Origin: Bdellovibrionales bacterium
GTDB lineage: Bacteria; Bdellovibrionota; Bdellovibrionia; Bdellovibrionales; JAMPXM01
Assembly: GCA_043739185.1 (NCBI GenBank)
Contig: JAYUEN010000016.1
Span: 1-23,984, forward strand
Reading direction: 5' to 3'
Length of the DNA: 23,984 nt
Position 1 is the first letter of the stretch. Each line of letters begins with the position of its first letter. The notes beneath the pieces are model-generated. The model saw nothing but the letters and a program-made list of their open reading frames with translations, made no database searches and was not told the origin of the DNA. This document shows positions 16,823 to 23,984 of the stretch, piece by piece. A program made the translations under genes and the position numbers.

Positions 16823-18144
16823 TAGGATAAACTCGCAATTCCGGCCTCTAATATTTTTAAGCCTTCTTCAACATCTTTTAACTCTGTCACTAGCGGCATC
16901 AACAATCTCACAACATTGCCTAAAGAGCCCGAGGTCATAGTGATTAAGCCTCCTTCATAACAAAATTTAACTAAAGCTTTAGCAAGCTCAGGATCAGCTT
17001 CTTTGGTTTTTCGATCTTTCACAAATTCAATTCCCAACATCGGCCCAAGGCCTCTGATATTGCCAATGCGAATTTGTCGCTCCTGCATTGCTACCAAATG
17101 ACTTTTCAAAAATTGGCCTAATTTTTTTGCTTTTTCTAAGAGATGATCTTTTTGAATGGTCTCGATTACCGCCAAGGCCGCGGCACAACTCAAGGGATTG
17201 CCACCAAAGGTCCCGCCGATTCCGCCCTCGGGTGCTGCATCCATAATTTCACTGCGACCAGTGACTGCCGAAATCGGTAAGCCACCACCCAAGCCTTTGG
17301 CGGAGAGAATGAGATCGGGAGTCCATTCGAGCTGTTCACAGGCATACAAGGTGCCGGTTCTGCCAAATCCACTTTGAATTTCATCGGCGATACTCACAAT
17401 TTTTTCTTGTTCGCAAAAATCTTGCAGTAATTTTAAAAATTCCTTTGGAGCTGGAATAAATCCGCCCTCGCCTAAAACTGGCTCAATTATAACAGCTGCT
17501 GGTTTTTCTTTTAAGCTTGAAATGAGGTGTTTAAATTCTGCAAAACATTCTTTTACAACTCTTGCAGGCTCTTCGCCCGATGGCCAACGATAAGCAAAGG
17601 GATAGTGTGCACGATGCACATCCGGCATTAGGTTACCGAATCCAGCCCGGTAGGGTTTTTCTTTATAGGTCAGAGAAAGAGCCATAAAAGTTCTGCCATG
17701 AAAAGCATGCTCAAAGCAAATGACGGGATTTCGCCCGGTAAAAGCGCGTGCAATCTTAATCGCATTTTCAACTACCTCTGCGCCACTATTGGCTAAAAAC
17801 GATTTCTTCTTAAAACTTCCTGGCGTTAATTGATTTAATTTTTCACAGAGTTCGATATAGACCTCATAAGGCGTGACATTAAAGCTTGCGTGCAGCAATT
17901 GATCTGCTTGCTGATGTATTGCTTGTACAATATGAGGATTGAGGTGGCCAAGATTTAAAACTCCAATGCCTGAGGCGAAATCAAGTAGGATATTTCCGTC
18001 TACATCTTCGAGAAATGCCCCTTTGGCCCTTTTTACAAATATGGGCGTGACATGAAATGGGCTTTTGAGCACAGCTTCGCTACGCCTTTTCATTAGTTCA
18101 ATGCTCTTGGGACCAGGAACTTTTGTTTTAAGTTGAATAGACAT
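16822..18144 (-). CDS. gabT: 4-aminobutyrate aminotransferase (class III PLP)
   Basis: DVDGN, DFASGIGV, NSGAEVVENAIKIAR, AFHGRT, EPVLGEGG, DEIQSGFGRTG, SAKGLGGG and GGTFGGNP. Start set at ATG 18144. Confidence 0.92.
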   Translation of the reverse strand: MSIQLKTKVPGPKSIELMKRRSEAVLKSPFHVTPIFVKRAKGAFLEDVDGNILLDFASGIGVLNLGHLNPHIVQAIHQQADQLLHASFNVTPYEVYIELCEKLNQLTPGSFKKKSFLANSGAEVVENAIKIARAFTGRNPVICFEHAFHGRTFMALSLTYKEKPYRAGFGNLMPDVHRAHYPFAYRWPSGEEPARVVKECFAEFKHLISSLKEKPAAVIIEPVLGEGGFIPAPKEFLKLLQDFCEQEKIVSIADEIQSGFGRTGTLYACEQLEWTPDLILSAKGLGGGLPISAVTGRSEIMDAAPEGGIGGTFGGNPLSCAAALAVIETIQKDHLLEKAKKLGQFLKSHLVAMQERQIRIGNIRGLGPMLGIEFVKDRKTKEADPELAKALVKFCYEGGLITMTSGSLGNVVRLLMPLVTELKDVEEGLKILEAGIASLS

Positions 18145-18146
18145 TT

Positions 18147-19610
18147 TTAGTACCAACCAATCGGAGTTTCATCGAGATTGATATTCACTTGTTTAGTTTC
18201 TAAATAAGCTTCGATGCCGTAAAGTCCGAGTTCTCGACCCGTTCCGCTTTGTTTATAACCACCCCAAGGCATTTCATTAAAGGTCGGATGATAATTATTC
18301 ACCCAGGTAATTCCTGCTCTTAGTTCTTTTACGACGCGAATCCCTTTGGTAATATTGGTGGTCCAAACACCGGCGGCCAAACCATATTCAGTATCATTTG
18401 CGAGTTCAATGGCCTGAGCTTCAGTTTTAAAAGTTGTAATCGTGAGTACAGGCCCAAAAATTTCTTCTCTGAAAATTCTCATTTTCGGTGTCACTTGATC
18501 AAAAATTGTCGGCTCACAAAAATTACCTTTTGCAAACTCACTTCCTTGAGGGCGCTTGCCTCCGCATAAGAGCTTCGCCCCTTCTTCTTGGCCTATTTTA
18601 ATATAGGCTTCAACTTTTTTAAGATGCTCAACTGACACCAAGGGACCCATCTTGACATCTTTTAAAAGACCATGACCCAATTTTATTTTTGGAATTTTTT
18701 TAAGAATCGCCGCAATAAGTTTTGCATGAATGCTTTCTTCAACTAAAAGCCTTGAGCCAGCTGAGCAAACTTCTCCTTGATTTGCGAAGGCTCCAAAGAG
18801 CGCACCATCTACTGCCATTTCAAAATCAGCGTCGGCGAAAATGATGTTCGGGTTTTTTCCGCCAAGTTCAAGCGTGGTTTTTTTAAGATTTGATGTCGCA
18901 GCATTTGCGATTTTTCTGCCGGTTGCAGTCCCACCTGTAAAGGCAACTTTGTCTACGAGCATACTGCTTGCGAGTTCTTCGCCTACTCCTGCTCCAGGGC
19001 CAGTGACGAGATTGACTACACCAGAAGGCAAGTCAAGAGTCTGAATTAACTTTACTAGCTCAAGTGCGGTTAGCGGCGTGAGCTCAGAAGGTTTTAATAT
19101 ACAGGTATTTCCGGCAGCAAGTGCGGGTGCCAACTTCCAGGCGGCCATGAGTAAGGGAAAATTCCAGGGAATGATTTGTCCGCAAACGCCCAGTGGCTCT
19201 CGCAAAACAAAACTGAGTGAATTGGCTGGGACGCTCATGGTTTCGCCGTGAATCTTGGTAGCCAGTCCGCCATAAAACTCAAAACAATTGGCTGCATCTT
19301 GCACATCAAATTCAGCCTCAGCCAAGGGTTTACCACAATTTTTGGTTTCAAGCTCAGCTAGCATTTTGGCGTTTTGCCTGATTAAATCGCCAATTCTGAA
19401 TAAGTATTTTCCACGCTCAAGAGCGGTGGTTTTTCTCCAGGCACCAGAGTCAAAGGCTTTACGAGCTGCTTGAATTGCGGTGACTGCATCTTCGCGACTA
19501 CTTTCAGCCACACTAGCGATGATTTCGCCATTGCCCGGATCTTTGATTTCGCGAAGAGCTTTATTTTTTGCCGGCACCCAATTGCCGTTTATGAAATTTT
19601 CGTATTTCAT
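18147..19610 (-). CDS. Aminoaldehyde/betaine-aldehyde dehydrogenase family protein
   Basis: IIPWNFPLLMAAWK, KPSELTP, AFTGG, LELGGKNP, NQGEVCSAGSR, EEIFGP and PWGGYKQSG. Confidence 0.92.
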   Translation of the reverse strand: MKYENFINGNWVPAKNKALREIKDPGNGEIIASVAESSREDAVTAIQAARKAFDSGAWRKTTALERGKYLFRIGDLIRQNAKMLAELETKNCGKPLAEAEFDVQDAANCFEFYGGLATKIHGETMSVPANSLSFVLREPLGVCGQIIPWNFPLLMAAWKLAPALAAGNTCILKPSELTPLTALELVKLIQTLDLPSGVVNLVTGPGAGVGEELASSMLVDKVAFTGGTATGRKIANAATSNLKKTTLELGGKNPNIIFADADFEMAVDGALFGAFANQGEVCSAGSRLLVEESIHAKLIAAILKKIPKIKLGHGLLKDVKMGPLVSVEHLKKVEAYIKIGQEEGAKLLCGGKRPQGSEFAKGNFCEPTIFDQVTPKMRIFREEIFGPVLTITTFKTEAQAIELANDTEYGLAAGVWTTNITKGIRVVKELRAGITWVNNYHPTFNEMPWGGYKQSGTGRELGLYGIEAYLETKQVNINLDETPIGWY

Positions 19611-19611
19611 T

Positions 19612-21033
19612 CTAATCCTTTATTTGAAATTTCGGTCCCTGAAATTTATGTCGTGCTTGAAAAAACCAAATGAGACATAGGGAAATAAAAAGTGCGCCAA
19701 TGACCACTCCGGCTTGTTGATTCGGTGGCAGTACAAAGACAATAGTTATAAAACAGATCCAAATGAGGCCTAAAAATGCAATTGACGTGCTCAATTTTCC
19801 TAAATGCCAAGGGCCCGGCTCATCTTTTATTTTTTTAAATCTCCCTGAGAGTCTCGCAAAAATCGGTAGGCCATATGAAATATAAAGTGCAATCGTCGCA
19901 ATTGAAACCACTGCTGTATACAGGTCAACTGACAATACAAGTAGCATAGCTAAAGCCGCGAGCCCCCAAATTGCATTTGCTGGTACACGGTGGCGAGTGC
20001 TGACTCTCGCCCAAAATTTCGCATACGGAAGTCCGCCATCTCTGGCAAATGCATAAACCATTCTCGAGGCAGAAGTCATTGCACCCAGGCCACAAAGCCA
20101 CATGGCACCAGCTATGAGAATCGCCAAAGACCTTCCAGTACTTTCGCCCAAGCGAAGTTTTAAGATTCCGGTGAAAGCGTCGTCACCCATTGCGGTCACT
20201 TGCGTAAGATCAGGAATTGAAAGTGTTACGGCTATCAACATAATCAAACCAAAAATGACCGAGATACCAACAGCTAAAACAATTCCCCATGGCGCATTCT
20301 TTCTGGGGTTTTTTGTCTCCTCGGTCACATGTGCAGAAGCATCGTAACCAGCGAGCGTCCACTGCGCGAGCAATAGTCCGATGAGCATTATATAAGGGGG
20401 TGGAAGTTTCGGATCAATACTTTGAAACTTAAACAGAAATGAAATGGGCTGCGCAATGCCTTTTGAAAGCAAAGCTCCAAGTAGCAAAGAGACCACTGCG
20501 ATATGATACCAAGCTGAAAAGTTATTGAGCCAAGACACAACTCGAATACCAATATGATTAAGCCCTGCATGAGTAAAAAGTAAAAAGGCGTAAAGTAAAA
20601 TCGGAAAAAAACCTGTGGTTGGCCAAGCAAATATGCCAATTAAAAATTGTGCGAGTCCGTAATCAATACCTGCCAATACCGCAAATTGCCCAATGGTATT
20701 AAAACACGCTGTGAACCACCCCAGTCGCTTAGAGCCTAAAAAGCTACTCCAGTGATAAAGCGCTCCTGAGGTCGGATAACTACTGGCCAATTCTGCCATC
20801 GCAAGTGCAACGAAAAAAGTAAAAATTGATACGAGAATCCAACCGAAAATAATTTGTAATGGACCGCCGTATTTTAATCCGTAACCATAGAGTTGGGTGA
20901 TGCCGGTCAAAATTGAAATCACTGAAAAGCTAACGGCGAAACTTGAGAAGCCGCCCATATCACGGAGCAATTCTTGGGCGTATCCAAGATGCTTTAAATC
21001 ATCGCTGTCGAAACTGATATTTTGTTTTGTCAC
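19612..21033 (-). CDS. APC-superfamily amino acid/polyamine/GABA permease (ACT-type)
   Basis: LGYAQELLR, FAVSFSVISILTG, MAELASSYPTSGALYHW, GYDASAHVTEET and SRMVYAFARDG; about 12 TM helices. Likely GTG start at 21033. Confidence 0.92.
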   Translation of the reverse strand: MTKQNISFDSDDLKHLGYAQELLRDMGGFSSFAVSFSVISILTGITQLYGYGLKYGGPLQIIFGWILVSIFTFFVALAMAELASSYPTSGALYHWSSFLGSKRLGWFTACFNTIGQFAVLAGIDYGLAQFLIGIFAWPTTGFFPILLYAFLLFTHAGLNHIGIRVVSWLNNFSAWYHIAVVSLLLGALLSKGIAQPISFLFKFQSIDPKLPPPYIMLIGLLLAQWTLAGYDASAHVTEETKNPRKNAPWGIVLAVGISVIFGLIMLIAVTLSIPDLTQVTAMGDDAFTGILKLRLGESTGRSLAILIAGAMWLCGLGAMTSASRMVYAFARDGGLPYAKFWARVSTRHRVPANAIWGLAALAMLLVLSVDLYTAVVSIATIALYISYGLPIFARLSGRFKKIKDEPGPWHLGKLSTSIAFLGLIWICFITIVFVLPPNQQAGVVIGALFISLCLIWFFQARHKFQGPKFQIKD

Positions 21034-21040
21034 ATTCAGA

Positions 21041-21069
21041 ATTGTACGTGCACGGATGTTCGAGATCAA
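21041..21069 (-). promoter_or_regulatory. Sigma70 promoter of the permease-ALDH-gabT-ALDH operon, probably leaderless
   Basis: Minus strand TTGATC-N17-TACAAT-N7-GTG with no SD. Confidence 0.65.
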
Positions 21070-21147
21070 TCTCGTTACGCTTTCGCAGCGCTCAACTTTG
21101 GTCTAGCTTTGACATATTTGGGATGAAGTGTGAGCCTTCTTTTAACC

Positions 21148-21190
21148 ACTCTGAAAACATACAACCTCTAGGGTTGTAATTTTTCAGAGT
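21148..21190. promoter_or_regulatory. 43-bp imperfect palindrome (operator or 5'UTR hairpin) upstream of the amine oxidase
   Basis: ACTCTGAAAA-ca-TACAACC-tctag-GGTTGTA-at-TTTTCAGAGT, ending 6 nt before SD GGAGG (21197-21201). Confidence 0.7.
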
Positions 21191-21206
21191 ACTTCCGGAG
21201 GCTACA

Positions 21207-23135
21207 GTGAGACTTATTTTGTTAGGTATTTTACTTTCTTCAAACGCATTGGCACATCCGCTCGATCCCCTTTCTAAAAATGAAATTGAAATTGCCATGC
21301 AAGTTCTGAAAAGAGCCGAACTCACAAACCAAGATACTTTGTTTCCTTATTTTATGTTGAACGAACCTGCAAAAAGCGAAGTCTTAAAAGGCGGCCCAAC
21401 AAAACGCGAAGTTTTCATCGAGAGATTTGATCGCAAACAAAGTAAGCTTTATGAAATCATCATCGATATAGGTGCGAAAAAAATATTGAGCAATAAGGAA
21501 ATGTCCGGCGCTCAACCCTCTGTCATGCTCAGTGAGTTTGATGCGGCCCCTCCGATTGTTAAAGCCGATGCGAGATTCAAAGAGGCGATGCAAAGACGTG
21601 GCATCTCTAATCTCGATGATATTGCAGTTGATATTTGGGCATACGGAAGCCCTGACTCCGATCACTCAAAAAGTGCCAGGCTCCTAAGAGCAATTTGTTA
21701 TTTTAAAGGCAAGGGCAAAAACTTTTATGCACGCCCAATTGATGGCCTCACCTTTATTGTCAATATGGATGAGAAAAAAGTTGAGAAGGTAGTCGATACT
21801 GAAGTTTATCCGATTCCACCAAAAGCTTCTGAATTAGATGCCAAATCATTGGGGCCTAAACGCCAGGGACTCAAAGCTCTTAAAATTTCTCAACCCCAGG
21901 GCCCGAGCTTTCAAATCAGTGGCAATCAAATCACTTGGCAGAATTGGCGCTTTCGCTACAGCATGCATCCGCGAGAGGGATTGGTTATTTATTTAGTTGA
22001 GTATCACGATCAAGATCGTTGGCGCCAGATTATGTACCGCGGCTCCCTTTCAGATATGATGGTGCCCTATGGACATCCGGATCAGCACTGGACCTACCGC
22101 AATGCTTTTGATGAGGGTGAATATGGCATCGGAAGATATAGTGGCCCTCTCAAAAAAGGTGCCGAGGTGCCTGACAATGCAAATTTGTTTGATGCCACAT
22201 TCGTTGATGATTTCGGAAAAGTTTATGTAACAAAAAACGCCGTGGCCCTTTACGAAAGAGATGGCGGACTTCTCTTTAAGCATTTTGATATGTACAATGG
22301 CGGAAACTTTGTGCGCAGGTCTCGAGAACTCGTCATCGGTTTTATCACCACCATTAGCAACTATGACTACGGTATCAATTGGATCTTCAAACAAGATGGC
22401 TCAATTGAGCTTGAGGCCCAACTCACAGGCATCATGCTAGCCAAGGGTTCGCATATCGAAAGCATGCCTTCAGGGCACCAACATTCAGAGGGTGATTTGA
22501 AGTATGGACATTTGGTTGCTCCAAATGTGGTAGCACCTCATCATCAACATTTTTTTAATTTTAGACTCGATATGGACATCGATGGCCTTGAAAATCGCGT
22601 TGCGGAACTCAATACCGAAGCTGTTACCGATAAATCTATTAATGCCGCCGGAAATGTTTTTTCAATGCAAGAAACTCCGTTGAAATCAGAGCTCGAAGCC
22701 GCCCGTGATCTCGATTTTAAGGCCCAACGAAAATGGAAGATTTATAATCCAAAGTCAAAAAATTCACTCGGCTATGAAGCCGGTTTTGTTTTGGTCCCAG
22801 GTGAAAATGCCGCCCCTTATTTGCAGGATTATTCACCTCTGAAAACTCGCGGTGGCTTTATCAATCATCAATTTTGGACAACCCAAGAACGAGACGATGA
22901 AATTTATGCGGGCGGAGCCTATCCCACTCAGCGTGCAAGTGCCGACGGCCTGCCGGTTTGGATAAAACAAAATCGCTCGCTTGAAAATCAAGATCTGGTT
23001 TTATGGTATACTCTTTGTGTCACCCACGCTCCGCGCCCTGAAGAGTGGCCGGTTATGAATGTGCATCGCACGGGCTTCAAACTCCTACCCGCCGGATTTT
23101 TCGAAAAAAATCCTGCCCTGGATGTGGCCGAATAA
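21207..23135 (+). CDS. Exported copper/topaquinone amine oxidase (TynA family)
   Basis: Signal peptide (NALA|HPLDPL), catalytic Asp region AFDEGEYG, TPQ site SNYDY, Cu ligands HQH and VTH, PRPEEWPVM, and GFFEKNPALD. GTG start with GGAGG SD. Confidence 0.96.
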   Translation: MRLILLGILLSSNALAHPLDPLSKNEIEIAMQVLKRAELTNQDTLFPYFMLNEPAKSEVLKGGPTKREVFIERFDRKQSKLYEIIIDIGAKKILSNKEMSGAQPSVMLSEFDAAPPIVKADARFKEAMQRRGISNLDDIAVDIWAYGSPDSDHSKSARLLRAICYFKGKGKNFYARPIDGLTFIVNMDEKKVEKVVDTEVYPIPPKASELDAKSLGPKRQGLKALKISQPQGPSFQISGNQITWQNWRFRYSMHPREGLVIYLVEYHDQDRWRQIMYRGSLSDMMVPYGHPDQHWTYRNAFDEGEYGIGRYSGPLKKGAEVPDNANLFDATFVDDFGKVYVTKNAVALYERDGGLLFKHFDMYNGGNFVRRSRELVIGFITTISNYDYGINWIFKQDGSIELEAQLTGIMLAKGSHIESMPSGHQHSEGDLKYGHLVAPNVVAPHHQHFFNFRLDMDIDGLENRVAELNTEAVTDKSINAAGNVFSMQETPLKSELEAARDLDFKAQRKWKIYNPKSKNSLGYEAGFVLVPGENAAPYLQDYSPLKTRGGFINHQFWTTQERDDEIYAGGAYPTQRASADGLPVWIKQNRSLENQDLVLWYTLCVTHAPRPEEWPVMNVHRTGFKLLPAGFFEKNPALDVAE

Positions 23136-23173
23136 TCTTGCCTGTAGAAATATCTTCGCGCAAAATGGGGTGA

Positions 23174-23569
23174 ATGAAAACTTCGCCTGAGCATAGAGAT
23201 AAACTAAAGATTTTGACGGCTAGCTTCGCCCGAATTCATAAAATGTTGCTCGAACACCAAATGGCTGATCTAGAAAGACAGAGTGGCATTGAAATAAAGC
23301 CGGCTGCTCGCTTAAATCTTTTATTGAATGACCCGGCTTTTGCTTGGCTCAGAAATTTGAGCCAGCTCATGGCGATCGCAGATGATGTTTACTTTCAAAA
23401 AGAAGAAATTTTGCCAGAACAAATGACCCAAATTTGTAAGGCATCCCAAGACCTCTTTATTCATGAAATCAAACCTGAATTTACGACTCCATACAAAATA
23501 ACCGCTCAGAAATTGAGTCCTTTAATGCTCGAACATGCAAAACTGCTTAGCATTTTAAAAAATTTTTAA
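23174..23569 (+). CDS. Hypothetical helical protein
   Basis: 131-aa ORF with GGGGTG SD-like site; amphipathic helical sequence (HKMLL, LLNDPAFAWLRNLSQL). Confidence 0.75.
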   Translation: MKTSPEHRDKLKILTASFARIHKMLLEHQMADLERQSGIEIKPAARLNLLLNDPAFAWLRNLSQLMAIADDVYFQKEEILPEQMTQICKASQDLFIHEIKPEFTTPYKITAQKLSPLMLEHAKLLSILKNF

Positions 23570-23772
23570 GCGCCACTTTGGGATTTTTGCGAATCGAGGC
23601 CTGATTTATCATTTCGACCTCTATCTTGGTGGCTAAGGCAAACTCACCATACCTGAGAATACTTTTGGCTATTTTAAATACTCTTACTATGCATTTTAGC
23701 CAATTCTGCTCAAACTGAATGCATTATTCCAATTGGCCCTGACTCCAAAGTATCGAAATCAAGAGAAATTTC

Positions 23773-23801
23773 TTGAACGCTTGGCAAACTCTGTCTATAT
23801 T
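23773..23801 (+). promoter_or_regulatory. Sigma70 promoter of tRNA-Asp
   Basis: TTGAAC-N17-TATATT, 22 nt before the mature tRNA. Confidence 0.7.
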
Positions 23802-23823
23802 CGGATGCTTATTCCACCTTTGC

Positions 23824-23900
23824 GGGGTGGTAGTTAAGTTGGTTATAACGCCGCCCTGTCACGGCGGAGGCCGCGGGTTCGAGTCCCGTCCACCCCGCCA
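23824..23900 (+). tRNA. tRNA-Asp (GUC) with encoded CCA
   Basis: GGGGTGG-TAGTTAAGTTGGTTATAACG-CCGCC-CT-GTC-AC-GGCGG-AGGCC-GCGGG-TTCGAGT-CCCGT-CCACCCC-G-CCA. Confidence 0.97.
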
Positions 23901-23984
23901 TTTTAATTAGTAAAATTAGACACTTAGCTCTGAAGCACTTCTTAAAATTGGTTACTGGACAAGATTCGATTGGTTACTAAGATA

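Noticed and set aside
23570..23770. Open minus-strand frame in the gap before tRNA-Asp
   Set aside because: No convincing start or SD and no recognisable protein pattern.
19..23900. Whole window as a tRNA-bounded genomic island
   Set aside because: The tRNAs differ, point outward and share no att duplication; the content includes core genes and no integrase.

Overview
Chromosomal region of a Gram-negative bacterium with moderate to low GC. Gene style suggests Bdellovibrionota/Oligoflexia, which is an inference. The window runs from tRNA-His (- strand) to tRNA-Asp (+ strand). In order it holds: an LPS-type GT2 glycosyltransferase; a secreted beta-barrel-like protein; dnaJ upstream of dnaK, each with the same 31-bp promoter-like motif; a ThiL-like kinase; a lipoprotein; hflX; an RhlE-type DEAD-box helicase; a small secreted HEXXH protein; a 5'-truncated, frameshifted oxyR remnant in front of an aerobic-type rubrerythrin/Fe-S oxidoreductase/DUF3501 cluster; a thioesterase-truC-DTW operon; and an amine-catabolic locus. 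That locus has an exported copper amine oxidase divergent from an ACT-type permease, aminoaldehyde dehydrogenase, GabT and ALDH21-like dehydrogenase. Signals not shown by the ORF track: (1) a complete mini transcription unit at 15213-15367 (promoter-like motif, perfect SD, 11-codon ORF MRSGAVKEVTK, terminator) that looks like the two ends of a cold-shock protein joined together; (2) a 35-bp inverted repeat at 1702-1788; (3) a 43-bp palindrome before the amine oxidase; (4) several apparent leaderless sigma70 genes. No transposase, integrase, CRISPR array or rRNA was seen. All family calls come from motif recognition by eye; no searches were run.
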